This document shows, one piece after another, positions 26,934-39,732 of a stretch of DNA of 64,000 bases. Both the position numbers and the translations under genes were made by a program. Where the stretch lies: the NCBI RefSeq assembly GCF_000315625.1, contig NW_005434659.1:823848-887847 (forward strand). Reading direction: 5' to 3'. The stretch's first letter is position 1. Every line of letters starts with the position of its first letter. The stretch comes from Guillardia theta CCMP2712. Its lineage: Eukaryota; Protista; Cryptophyta. The notes beneath the pieces were generated by a model, which saw only the letters and a list, made by a program, of their open reading frames with translations, searched no databases and was not told where the DNA came from.

Positions 26934-28785
26934 ATGGCCGTACAGGCTCCCAAGAACCTTGCAGGATTGCCTACTGAGGGCAGGAAGAGAGCTCACAAAG
27001 ACCTGAGCAACTATGGCTATGCGGGAGACGATTACAAGTTTGACAACCCTCATGCCATCTGCTACAGATGCTCAAGACCAGGACACGTCTCTCGGGACTG
27101 TCCTTACTACGGCTCTGGGCAGTCGTCGCTGACTATTTTCACCGACTATGACAGAGCCACGCCTGAAGGGGAAGACCACATCAAGATGTTGAAGATCTCC
27201 ATGGCAAATTATAGCCGAAGACCAGCAAGGAAGCAGATCGAGGAGTTCTCCAACAAGAGCTTGCAAGCCCCTGAAGGCTGCAACGAGTACAACATCTGGT
27301 ACGGCAAGTGGTGCGGCCAACAATGGAAGCCCGACAAGGACCTCTCGGCTGCTCCGCACCGATGTTGTGTGAGGCGTGATGCTGGAAGGACGAAAGCGGA
27401 CGATCGCTTCGGTGAGAGCGCGTACTGCTGCATATTCTTCGCTCGCGGCTGCTGCGCCCTCGGAGCAGATTGTACCTTCTTGCACCGCATCCCTACCCCG
27501 CAGGATGACAAACGTCTTGACATGCTGCACGACATATTTGGCAGAGACAGACATAACTCAGACCGCGATGACATGCGAGGAACAGGCAACTTCAATAAGA
27601 ACAACAGGACTCTCTACGTAGGCGGCCTCAAGATCCTCCATGGGACCGACGCCGCCCACAAGTCGCTTCTCAGACACTTCTCTGAGTGGGGAGAAATTGA
27701 GCAGCTGAGAATCATCCCAAACAAGGCGATCGGGTTCGTCACTTATCGCCATCGTGCAAATGCAGAGTTTGCGCTGGTTGTCCCCATGATATCTGTAGCA
27801 CATCTGTCGTACTGAACCTCGTTGTTTGCAGGAGGCTATGCATTGCCAAACTTTAGACTTGGACGAACTCTTGAATCTTCGCTGGGCTTACGATGATCCC
27901 AACCCCAAGTGAGCTTCTAGATCTGAGCACGTCGTCTCGTTGTTGACTGTCGAGCAGGTCCAAGGATGGAGAACGAGACAAATACCAGGAGCAGCTTGTA
28001 GAAGCGCTGAAAGACAAGGTGATGCGAAGGAAACTTCTGTTTGTTCCCTGAAGCACATTTTTTGTGAAGGGCATCGACACCACAGAGACTATGTACAACT
28101 ATCCGAGCGATTATCACATCGTAGAAGACCCAGAAGTGAAGCGTGCGAGGTAACCCATAGCTTCCTTGGTCCTAACCTTCACTCATCTGCCGGACAGGAT
28201 GGAGGGCGGAATGAACCAAGAAGGATATTCTTGTGATTATCCAAGCACGGACTATCAGTATCAGTCTGCATACGGCCCTGCTGTCGCTCAGGCAATCGTG
28301 CCAAAGCGAAGGTTCTTGCGGCTCACAAATATGCAGACCTCGGGGGATTCCCATGCACTTTCTCAGCTGTCAGGTTCGTCTTGATCGGTTCAAAGTGCAC
28401 CAATGCTTACAAGCTCAGCAGAGTACGGCGAAGGAGGAGCTGCAGGCTGGCAGGAGTTCAAGGATGCTAGTGGACGGTGAGGAGGAGGGAAATGGCTGGG
28501 AGCGTCACCTTACGCTTCGCAAGGTCTTACTTCCACAACGCTGCTACCGGAGAGACTACATGGGACAAGCCTGGAGGTTCTGTTGACAGCTCAGCTCCTG
28601 CTCCTCCATCTGAATCCTCAGCTGCTGTCGACTGGAGCTCGGCTGCTACCCCAGAGGAGAAGGTCAGGGCAGTCGAGGAAGTTGTGAGAGAATGACTTGT
28701 GGTGGAGGTGTCGCGATACGCATCCTTCTACGGGCTCAGCGAGGAGCAGGCGCGAGAGTGGCTGGAGAGCAACAACGCGCTCTAA
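26934..28785 (+). CDS. CWC2: Pre-mRNA splicing factor Cwc2 (with CCHC knuckle and C-terminal WW domain)
   Basis: RPARKQ..EYNIWYGKW, RC...RDAGRT, CCCH finger CIFFARGCC..GADC.FLHRIP, DIFGRDRH..RDDM.GTG.F...NRTLYVGG, RRM; WW domain GWQEFKDASGRSYFHNAATGETTWDKP. Confidence 0.92.
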
Positions 28786-29011
28786 GGCAGACACACCGCC
28801 GTGAACACGATCGTCAAGGAAGTCGCAAGAGCAGCACAACTGCTACTCTCCTGCGTTGTGATAAACAGTTGCGTGAATGAGGAGCGCGAGCTGGTGGTAG
28901 CCTGCCGATAGCGATGATGTTGACAGATCAACGCGCGAACAAGAGTGAAGCTATGGTCACACGCTTCAATCACATCATTTTCACTCTAGTCTCTCTTCCT
29001 CCTTCCCCTCG

Positions 29012-29245
29012 TTATCCGGGGGCAGGCATGAGCCAGTCCAGGTCCCTGCTGGCTGTCAGCTCCAATCGAGTTGAACATGGCAGCTTCACCATGTCTGCGG
29101 CTCCGACCCGTTGAGAAAGATCTGCTCCTCTCTGCGAAGCCTCACCGTGAGGGATGACGAGGAGGTAGGGAGTGGTGGAGTGTAGTTATGGTGGTTATCA
29201 GGAGTAGGAGGCGCAAGAGCGGGAGGCAGGAGGAGCAGGAGCAAT

Positions 29246-29277
<32 letters not shown>

Positions 29278-32200
29278 AAGAAGTTACCCTGCACTCGTGC
29301 CTGGGATGAGCCCAGCGAAACCCATTTCGTTGCTCTGCATGCAGACGTGAGGGAGATGAAGGAGAGACGAGAGAGCGGACCTGAGAGATCAAGGGAGCCA
29401 TGCTCATGTTGTGAGCGAGGATCCTCTCCTGGTTCTGCTTCTCCTGCTCCAGTCCCATCAAGGCGCTACCGGGGAACGAGGCTGAAGATTTGCTGCAAGC
29501 AAGTGAGGAGGAGAATGGTCGAACTGGAGGTTTCACTTCTCTGCCTGGACTGTGTTGAGATCAACCACCTGACACGTCGATGAGACAGCTGGAGATACGA
29601 GAGAGAGGAAGGGGAAGGAGGCAGGGAGGCAGGGAGGCAGGGATTTGTACAGGAGAGCAGAGGAGAGGAGAGCAGGAATACGAAAGCGAGGGGAGGGGAG
29701 GAGAGGAGAGGAAGGGAGAGCCAAGACCTTGTTCTTTTTCTTGATCTTCTGGATGTATCGAATGATCATTCCTCCGATGATCTGCTCGGAAGTTCGATCA
29801 CAACACAGAAAACAATCTCCCCGCAACCTCTCCTCAGCTCCACACTAGCTCCTCCCTCCAGTAGCCCTCCAGCTCCTCCCTCCACCTTGGGAGTGATGGT
29901 TGACAAGATGATCTTCTGCATCCAGATGGGCAGAAAGCGAATATTTGCCTTGGCCGTCTGCTGACATGTGAGAAAACGAGCATGCGGGGGAGGGAGAGAG
30001 AGGAGGAAAGAACGCAAGGGAGGAGTGCGAGATAGAGAGAATGGGGATTGAGATGAAATGGGAACCGAAGAGCAGTGACAGATGAGAGGAGGGAAGGAGG
30101 GAAAGGGGGCCAAGGGGAGCAAGGATGGGAGGGAAAGCAGGGAAGGAGGAGAGAGGCGGGAAGAAGGGGAGGGGAATAGCGAGGTCAGAAGGGAGTGAGG
30201 AGGAAGGGGAGTGTCACAAACCTCCATTATGATGGACTTCTCAGGATTTCTCGGGCTGGGGCCGATGGTGGTGACTTTGAGTTTGAAGGTTTTGTTGTTC
30301 TCGTCGTAGGTGTTCGTCTCCAAGTTCCAGGGGATCGTCACTTGCGTGCACATGTTCTGTGCGGGGAAGTTGTGCCTGCTCGTGATGTTACCTCCACCTC
30401 GCTCCCGCTCGTGCTCCTGCTCCTGCTCCTCTCGTTCTCTTTCTGCCCGCCCGCCCCCAACCTCCTTCCCTGCAACCCTCTCGCACTACTTCCTCCATCC
30501 TGCTCCACCTTTCATTCCCGCTCCTCCTGTACCTGCGGATGACGCGGATTGTGTAGGATCGGGGGATGTTGAACAAGTGCATGAGGCGTCCGAGGTTCAC
30601 GTCGTACTTCATCACAAAGTCGTCGGCCGGTCGCTGCTCGTTGCGGTAGATGATTTCATGTCCCTGCTCGCTGTTGAGAGGCGAGAAGAGGAGGAGGAGA
30701 GAGAAGAGAGGGGAGAGGGGAGCAGAAGAAGCTAGGGGAGAGGAGAGCAGAAGAAGGAAGAGCAGGAGGAGGACGAGGAAAGAGGCAAACAAAAGCAGAG
30801 GAAGGAGCAGTGAAGAATGATAATGAAGTTGCCACAGGATCGAGTACTTGAGCTTTGCCTCGAATGATAATGAAGGGACGAGGAGGAAGAGGAACTAAGG
30901 GGAGGAGAGTGGGCAGGAGGGAGTTGCGAAACCTGGTAATTTGTGTCCCATTCCTGCCTTCTGTCTCCAACGAAGTGAAACATGTCGCAACACTCCACAT
31001 ACCTGGAAGAAAAATGGTAAGGAGGAAGAAGAGGAAGGAGAGCAGGAGGAAAAGGAGGGAAAAGGAGGCAAGAGGAGGAGGAGGAGGAGGAGGAGGAACG
31101 GATGAAGGTTAGGGGAGGGGAGGGGAAGCGGGTGTACGTCAGCTCTGCTTCCATCATAATGCGGAACCACATTTCATTCTTCTGTTTCAGAAGGTCCTAG
31201 AGTCACAGGTAAGAAAGCAAATCAGAATCTCGTCCTCTACTCTCCTCCTCCCCTCCCATACTTGCTCCTCCCCTCCTCCCCTTGCTCCTCCCTTCCTCTC
31301 CCCCGTTTTCTCGGCCTCCAACTCTTTCCACGTCCTCCTCCACTTCTCCATCATCACATTGGTCGTGATCTTCTTCTCAGCATGGATCGACTTGTTCTTG
31401 GCAAACTCAACCCACCCCGGCCCTGACGGCCTCTGACCGAATCCTGTCGTAAGAAATGCCGAATTACCGTGAGGAGAGAGGGAGTTGATAGTGGAGGGAT
31501 ATGAAGCGGCAGAGGAGGAAAGGGAGAGGGAGACAGGAGGATGGGCAGGCAGGGAGGGAGGGAGGAAGGGAGGGAGGGAGGGAGGGAGGGATGAACAGAG
31601 AAGAAGGAGGAAGGAGGCAGCAAACGATAAGAGGAGGAGGGAAGGAGGGAGGGAGGGAGGGAGGACTTGAGACAGGAGGAGGGAGGGAGGACTTGTGACA
31701 CGAGGGAGGAGGAGGAGAATGAGGAGGAGGAGGAGGAGAAGGAGGAGGAGGAGGGTCTTACCCTTGAGAGCCTCGTTCGCCTCGTTGAGATGGGACGAGA
31801 TGAGACCCTGCGACTCAGGAGGAAGCTGGAGATCCATCGGCTGAAATTCAGACGCGCAGCTCCGGATCCCCTTCACCTCCTGCCCGACTATCGGTGAGCA
31901 GAGAAGTTGGCAAGACGGAAGGGGGAGCGAGATGGAGAGGAGGGATACGAGAAGAGAAGCAGAGGAAAGGAGAGGGAAGAGGAGGAGAGGAGAAGAAAAA
32001 CGATGAAAAGGAGAGGAGAGGAAAAGGGAGGAGAGAGGAGTTTGATATTGTTTCACCTTGTTGGCAAACAGAATGAACTCGCAGAAGTCTCTGAATGAGA
32101 TCATCTGCAGGATGAAAGCCACGGCCGATGCTGTCTGGTCGCATTTCTTCCCAGGGGACCGCAGGTACAAGGGAAGAGCCTTCAAGCACGTCAGAGGAGA

Positions 32201-33970
32201 GAAGGAGACAGGGGAGGATAGAACAGAGAAGGAAGAAGAGGAGACCGAGGTATAGAGAAGGCGAGTCCGACAGAGAGGAGGTAAGGAGGAGATCGAGAGG
32301 AGGAGGAGATCGAGGCTGGTCACCTTCAGGAAAGTTTGATAGTTTACATTCTGGGGCAGTTCAGGGGTGACCCATTTTTCCAGCTCGAGGTTGCAACTGC
32401 GATAAACTTCGTTGTTGCGAATCACGTTCTCCTCCGAATCCTTCGAAACGGCCTCGGCACAGATATCCACGATCCGCTGTTTCTCAGATCGTCAAGCTCG
32501 GAACCTTCTTCCTCCTGCTCTTTACCTTCTTCATGACCTCGAACTTCTTCTTGGTTATAATCTGCGGCACAAACACGCGAGCAATCTGCACCGCAAGAAG
32601 CCATCAGAGCTTGTCTTTATCGCATGCAAGAGCGACAGACCTTCAACAAAACCTCCGTCTCCCCGTCGTTGGGTCTCTGACCGTAAGGAAACAGGTCTGA
32701 CATGGATTTCAAAACTTCGCAACAAATCATCATTATTATCATCATCATCATCATCATCATTGTCATCATCATCTGTATCATTATCATCATCATCATCTGT
32801 ATCATCATAATCATCATCATCGTCAACTCCACGATCTGCAACTTTATCTTCACCCCCTCAATCATCGTCAACCTGGAAGACAATCTGGCATCTCATTGCT
32901 GCACTCCAACCCGAAACCTCTCTTCACGCAAGACGAGCATGGCCGCACTTCGTCACATCTGCATGCTAGATGAGGAAAACCAAAAAGGGAGTGAGGAAAC
33001 AAACTTGAGCTTCTTCGATCTGCAGCGCGTGCACGCCGGAGCTCTTGACTTGGACGCATCATGGTTGACAACGACGTTCTCCAAATCTTGACAAGGCATG
33101 AGCACGACAATCATCGCGGCAAAGCTTCTCACTCATTGGAAGGTTTCGATTCAACTTGTGTGACGGTTTTCGGTGAGATGAAGGAGCATCAAACAAATAC
33201 CTTGAGATCAGAAAAACAGAGCAAGTGAGGTGCGAGGCTCCGGCAACAGACTTGTCACCTGTTGAAAGAATCTTTGACTGTGCTGAGAACTCTGGGGTTT
33301 GTCTTGTTCCTGTTGGCTGCAACAGCAAGGAGAATCACGTCATCACGAAGAAGGTGAACCAGAACGGGGGGGGGGTGGACAAGACGAGGGAGGGAGACGG
33401 AGGGGTTGAGGAAGGCAGGCTGAAGCAGATGGGGGGTGGGGGTGGGATTCGGGTCTAAAGGAGTACAGCTCGGTTACATTTGTCTTGTGAAGATGAGGAG
33501 GAGGAGCTCTCTGAGGACAAGGAAGTTGAAGAGCCTGCGGCTAGGGGCAGGGAGGAGCTTGACCCCTGGTCTCCTCGCGCTACTGCTGCTGCCTGCGACG
33601 GCATCGCCGGGGAGTGCCATGCTGAGGACGAGGCCTGTCCCGATGTCGGAGGTTGGCTTTGATCTGATGTGAGCACCGCCGGTGTCGACGCCCTGCCTTC
33701 AGCCGGCTGCTGGTACTCCATTGACGATGCAATGTTCGCTATAGGAAACTGCTGCTGTCCATAAGAGTCTTCCCCTGCGGGCCCGACTCTGCTAGTCGTG
33801 GTAGGGAACGAGAAGGCATCATGGTTAGAGAAAAGGCGTGAAATATCTTCTTGCGAGCACCCTAACCCCAGCTCTCCGAGGTTCGCATACAGATTGCTCC
33901 TTGTGTCTTCCATGGCACACCCGGTAGAAGTGTCCATGCCCTCGCTCGTTGGCACAATATCCTTGTGCAT
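29012..33970 (-). CDS. Zn(II)2Cys6 binuclear-cluster protein with acidic tract and C-terminal START/SRPBCC-like domain (many exons)
   Basis: Spliced CTRCRSKKLKCDEVRPCSSCVKRGFGLEC (32900-33033, one intron) fits C-x2-C-x6-C-x5-C-x2-C-x8-C; poly-Asp follows. Later exons (GWVEFAKNKSIHAEKK, WFRIMMEAEL, RRQEWDTNY, FLPIWMQKIILSTITPK) are START-like. Joining all exons into one gene is inference. Confidence 0.65.
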
Positions 33971-34543
33971 GCCTTGAGAGCGGAGTAATTTATGTTAATT
34001 TTCCACAGATTGTGTCTGCTACAGGTCCTCCCGCGTGTATGGGTCGAAAGTTCTCTTGCCTCGACTTGTTTGAGCGCGAACACAAACTTCCGATGTGCGT
34101 CTGCTTTGATCTTCTCCTCTCCTTGACCTCTCTCGACTGAGCTTCTGCTAGATCATCTCGATCTACTCAATCCACCGCCCACTCCTCTCTTCTCTTCTCC
34201 TCCCCCCTGCTCTCTTCTCCTCCTCTCCCTGCTCCTTCGCTCCCAACCCAGTCGAGTGCTCCACACCCAACAACAAAAGATGACAAAAGATATAAAAATA
34301 TTTTGTACACATTTTGAGAGCTCCGGAATATAAACCCAATACTAATACAAGATAAATAATTATAATGATGACTTACAATGTTTTAACAGCCGGCGACACC
34401 CTGTAAGCCTTCTCCAGAAATTCTCCTCGTTTTTTTGAAATTGTTAAATAATATTTCATCCTTACAGTTCACCTCTTGAAATCTCCAGATCAAGTCGCAG
34501 ACTTTTGGGGCGGACCCAGGAAAAGGCTCTGGGGCGGACCTGG

Positions 34544-35836
34544 ATGTTCGGGACAATGAGGGCGATGAGTGTCGGGGGTTTTAAGGACTCCCAGGCAATG
34601 CAGCGAGAGAAGGACGCGATTCGGGTGATGCAGGTGAGGAGGAGGAGGCGATGAAGATGGTCTGGGTTGCGGGAGGGTAGCAAGATGGCAGGAGAAGGAG
34701 GGAGGGGAGGGAGGGGATGAGAGAGGGAGAAGAAGGGAGAGAAGGAGGGAGGGGAGGGTGAGAAGCTCGTGAGGGGTCCTGGAGGGATGAGGATCGGCTT
34801 TACGAGAGCAATGGTCATCGGGCAAGCGAGAAGCAGAGGAACAGATCTAGCCCGGAGCAGGAATGACTTCATCTGATACCATGCATCCTGTCTCAGGGAG
34901 CTGCGTTGGTAGCGTCAAGATTGATCGAGATGCAAGTTTCGACTATGGCCTTCACCCCTCCCGCGGCTCAAGGGAGGAGAGGCACTTGGAAGGAGGAAGA
35001 AAACAATGAAATCGCCAAAGATCGGGCAAGGAGATCATGGCCGAAAGCAGCAGACCTGGACAAGGAGTTCTTGTCCAAATTTGCTCCATTCAGTTCGCAT
35101 GCTCTGAATCCATACGTAAGGGAGAGGACTTCGAACGGGACGTGGGTGGAGGAGACGAAGAAGAAGTCAGACGAACAGGATCGGAGTAAGGCCGACGAAA
35201 GACATCTGCAGGAGGAAGAAGCGAGGAATCTGAAGAAGGATAGGGCTGAAGTAGCGGGAGAGACTGGGGGTAAGGAGGCTGCGAGTGCCCGATCGACGGA
35301 GATGGAGCGAGAAAGCAAAGATGAAGGAGAGGGAAGGAGGAAGGTCAGCAGTCCTCTAGATGAGCACACGGTGAAGGAGGCGAGTGTTGAGACTGTATCC
35401 TCCTCCAAGAACCAGCAGCTCCCGCACGAGAACGTTGGCACCACGAAAGCAGCGGAGGCGCGTAGGGAGGCGGAGAGGCAGGAAAGGAGGAGGTCGAGCC
35501 ACGTGCCAACCGGAAGGATCCAGCGAGTAAGCAGCTTTGCGGGGCTAGGGATCGGCATGGCGCTCGGGACGGTGGGGGCGATAGTTAACAATGCGGTAAG
35601 GGGGAGGATGGGGGCAGCGGGAGGACTGAAAGGGGCGATCTTGAGCGAGGGGAACAGCAACCGCCTGACACTGGCGCTGTGCCGCATGAGAGGAGCAGCG
35701 CTGAAACTCGGGCAGCTGCTGAGCATACAGGACGAGCACGTGATACCCAAGGAATCTCCTCTTCGTCAGGTGATCGACCGGGTGCGGGAGGAGGCGGAGC
35801 AGATGCCGGCGGATCAGCTGCTAAGGATGATGGAGG

Positions 35837-35872
<36 letters not shown>

Positions 35873-35926
35873 GGAGGAGGAGGAGGAGGAGGAGGGGAGG
35901 AGGAGGAGGATAAGGAGGGGAGCAGG

Positions 35927-35961
<35 letters not shown>

Positions 35962-37765
35962 AAGTAGGAAGGGGGGCAGGAGGAGCAGGAGGAAGAGGAG
36001 TATGAAGGGAAGCAGGAGGAGGACGGAGGTGGGGGTTGATGATTGCGTACAGGAAAATCTCGGGGAGAACTGGAGGAGCAAGCTCTCTTCNNNNNNNNNN
36101 NNNNNNNNNNNNNNNNNNNNNNNNNNNNNNNNNNNNNNNNNNNNNNNNNNNNNNNNNNNNNNNNNNNNNNNNNNNNNNNNNNNNNNNNNNNNNNNNNNNN
36201 NNNNNNNNNNNNNNNNNNNNNNNNNNNNNNNNNNNNNNNNNNNNNNNNNNNNNNNNNNNNNNNNNNNNNNNNNNNNNNNNNNNNNNNNNNNNNNNNNNNN
36301 NNNNNNNNNNNNNNNNNNNNNNNNNNNNNNNNNNNNNNNNNNNNNNNNNNNNNNNNNNNNNNNNNNNNNNNNNNNNNNNNNNNNNNNNNNNNNNNNNNNN
36401 NNNNNNNNNNNNNNNNNNNNNNNNNNNNNNNNNNNNNNNNNNNNNNNNNNNNNNNNNNNNNNNNNNNNNNNNNNNNNNNNNNNNNNNNNNNNNNNNNNNN
36501 NNNNNNNNNNNNNNNNNNNNNNNNNNNNNNNNNNNNNNNNNNNNNNNNNNNNNNNNNNNNNNNNNNNNNNNNNNNNNNNNNNNNNNNNNNNNNNNNNNNN
36601 NNNNNNNNNNNNNNNNNNNNNNNNNNNNNNNNNNNNNNNNNNNNNNNNNNNNNNNNNNNNNNNNNNNNNNNNNNNNNNNNNNNNNNNNNNNNNNNNNNNN
36701 NNNNNNNNNNNNNNNNNNNNNNNNNNNNNNNNNNNNNNNNNNNNNNNNNNNNNNNNNNNNNNNNNNNNNNNNNNNNNGTTGTTACCGTATGATACCTACC
36801 TTGTCAACTGAACCCTCGTGTAACCAGGGAAACCAGCATTACTGATTTCCTCGCCAACACAGCAGTAGATAACCATGGGCTCTCCTGCTCATGCCCACCT
36901 TTCCCCGCTATGCTGGGCCGTTACTGAGGAAGTGCAGCGTGATTCATCCTATCTTATCATGCCTCATACTCATCTACGTCTTGTACTGCTCTCATGTTGA
37001 CATGGTCTTGGGCGTGGGCATCTCATCCTTTTATCAGTTCCGTTAAACAGGGGCGTCTTACAAGGTGGACATTCCCCCCGCCATCATCTTTTCGTGTGTT
37101 GGAGTACTTCAGTAGACGGAGGAGGAGGAGAGGTGGCGGTGAAGGGGGAGGGGGAGGAGGAGGAGGAGGAAAGAGGCACAAGGGAGGATGAGGAGGAGTG
37201 AGAGGAGGAAGGGGGGGGCGGGGACAAGGGAGGAAGGGGGCAGGAGGGAGGAGGAGTGGCTGCTGAGTGGGACATGCTGCAGGTTTTTCCTCATCTGTCG
37301 ACGGAGAAGATTCTGACGACTGAGCTGCTGAGAGGAGTTGCGATCGACAAATGCTCGGAGTTGCCACAGGAAGAGAAGGGGATGAGAGAGGGAGGGGGCG
37401 GCAGAGCAGAGCAGAGCAGAGCAGGGGAGGGGAGCAGAGGAGAGCAGAGGAGAGGGAGTGAGATCCGGCAGAGTTTGACTTGACAGATTCCAGGAGGAGA
37501 GGAACAAGATAGCTCATAGGATGATGAAATTGACGCTGAGGGAATTATTCGAGTTCAACCTGATGCAGGTGATTATGATGAAGTTGTTGTTTTGGTCTTG
37601 ATATTGTCTCTCCTTTCCTCTTCTTTTCTTTCCTCCTCTCCTCCTCTCCTCTCCTGGCAGACTGACCCCAACTGGTCAAACTTTCTTTACGATCGCGAGC
37701 ACGACGTTATGAATCTCATTGACTTTGGAGCGACACAAGAATATCCCCTCAAGTTCTGCTACCAG
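34544..37765 (+). CDS. COQ8: COQ8/ABC1 (ADCK3/4-like) atypical kinase; gapped, 3' end not seen
   Basis: [35 protein letters not shown] (KxGQ motif), [44 protein letters not shown]. Confidence 0.93.
36091..36777. other. Assembly gap (further gaps at 38038-38137 and several within 56848-59111)
   Basis: Runs of N. Confidence 1.
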
Positions 37766-37889
37766 GAAAAGATCTCCTCCATTCTCCTCTCCTCCTCCCC
37801 ATGCCCCCAACACACTTTTCTCCTTCTCAGCCCTGCCTTCCTCACCCTTCAGATCGTATCACCAAATATGCTCCTACAAATGACCTCTG

Positions 37890-38010
37890 CTCTCCTCTCC
37901 TCTCCTCTCCTCTCCTCTCCTCTCCTCTCCTCTCCTCTCCTCTCCTCTCCTCTCCTCTCCTCTCCTCTCCTCTCCTCTCCTCTCCTCTCCTCTCCTCTCC
38001 TCTCCTCTCC
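37890..38010. repeat. (CTCCTCT/CTCTC)n pyrimidine microsatellite
   Basis: Seen directly. Confidence 0.95.
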
Positions 38011-38374
38011 TGACCATCACCAATACGTTGCCCCAAANNNNNNNNNNNNNNNNNNNNNNNNNNNNNNNNNNNNNNNNNNNNNNNNNNNNNNNNNNNNNNN
38101 NNNNNNNNNNNNNNNNNNNNNNNNNNNNNNNNNNNNNTCCCTCCCTCCCTCCCTCCCTCCCTCCCTCTCTCATTTTCCTCGCATTCTGCCCCTGCCCCAT
38201 CTGCCTACTCATACGCCAGCGAAGCTTCCATAATGAGTTGCAAATATCTTGCAAATAGTATAGGGGTAGTATAAGTACCCGTCGTTACGTATGACTTAAC
38301 TGGGGTACGGGAGGTTGGCAAGAAACCAATCCTGCGCTTGTTCCTTTTTCAGTCAATAAAACTTGTTCCTCACA

Positions 38375-39150
38375 GGACGATGCTGCTGCTCGATAGTACA
38401 ACCTCACTCCGACCTCACTCTGCCTGTACCCGGAAGGTCTTGAAGGTACATCCCAGTTGGTGAAGCTCGAAGATCCTCTGCTAGGCCATCGGTAGCCCAT
38501 CTCTGATGCTGCTGGACTTCGAAGTTTTCTGTCCGATCCACACATAATGACTCGCTCACTCCGAGACGAGATGTCACATCGAGGTATGTCTCACTATCCG
38601 GGAAGTACGCCAGATGTCCTTCTCTTCCTATCCCATTGCACCTCGACTCCCCGTCCCACCATGTCAGATCATCCTTGCGGTAGTAGACGTAAACATAAGC
38701 ACACTCGATCAGCTCGTCGCCTCACGTACAGACGCAGCGTCACCGGCTGCACCAGGTCGACGAGCAGCAGTCGCATCTTGACGTACACGAGGCCATGCTC
38801 GCACAAGCCCGTGAACGTCTTGCTCACGCTCGCGTGCTCGCCCAGCACGTTGAGCCCTCCCAGCACTGAGCCGTATGCCCCGCAGCTCGAGGTCTTGTCC
38901 GCGCCCCTCCAGCCCATGCTCCCGTTGGTGCCGAAGTCTCCCTCCACCCACTCCATCCTCCTCGCGTAGGTGCCGCTGGGGCAGGGGCTGCAGCCTCCCT
39001 GCGAGGCGTTGAGGAAGTAACCTGCAGGAGCAAGACACGCCCGTCAGAGCTCGGCAGCGTCAGGCTCCAGCCGCGTCACCGGAGTCGCAATGTCAGCCTG
39101 TGCTGATGCGCTAGAGGAGGGGAGGGGAACCTGTCTGTCTGCATGAGTCA
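38375..39150 (-). pseudogene. Internally deleted paralogous remnant of the lectin surface gene
   Basis: 38722-39089 appears identical to 40416-40783, intron included. 39090-39148 resembles 44964-45017. 38375-38700 is a frameshifted C-type lectin variant (RWPSRGSSSFTNWDVPSRPSGY). Confidence 0.85.
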
Positions 39151-39437
39151 GTAGCCAAGGCCTCTAGGAGGTGAGAGAGGAGATATCGAGACAACGACGT
39201 TGGCGATGGGAATGAAGAAGTGAAGCAATTGGTTGAAGGAGGGTGAGAGGTCAGACCGACGGAGACTTACACAGCAGAAACAAGGTCAAGTTGGATTGAC
39301 ATGGGGCACTAGAACGATGTTTGGTCTTGCACTATGTCAAACGTCTTGTATTTGATTGGATGCAAGTGTTATTAGAGCAGATGTAAAAGTGATTATGAGA
39401 TTGAATATCTGCTCCCAGTGCAGCCTGCTATGCCAAC

Positions 39438-39690
39438 TCATATCTTGATCGGATAGCTGCATAGACGTCGAAACGGAAAAATCATCCTTTCACTCGTCCA
39501 AGACCCCTGACCGTCCTGGTAAACACCATACTCATACTGACTGTACCCGGAAGGTGGTACACCATTGACTCCCCAAAAGCTCGGAGATCCTCCGATGACC
39601 CCAACGGAAGTCAAACGCTGATGCTGCTGGACTTCGAAGTCCGATCCACACGTAATACAAACATGACTGCACTGACGGAGATGGCATGAT
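39438..39690 (-). pseudogene. Variant C-type lectin terminal cassette (1-nt frameshift, 5' deleted)
   Basis: WIGLRSPAAS.FDFRW/VIGGSPSF..PSGYSQ..GQG.W..LCSYP..I* is collinear with 39733-39950. 39661-39688 matches about 40138-40165. Confidence 0.85.
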
Positions 39691-39732
39691 GCTATGCACA
39701 TGTCGCATGAGATAACAGCATGACATGATGCC

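Noticed and set aside
29198-32883. Many poly-L/S/P/E/R/I/M ORFs
   Set aside because: Translations of intronic microsatellites or of the poly-Asp tract in the wrong frame.
36002-36845. Long ORFs through N runs (also 57223-59474 alternates)
   Set aside because: Artefacts of assembly gaps.
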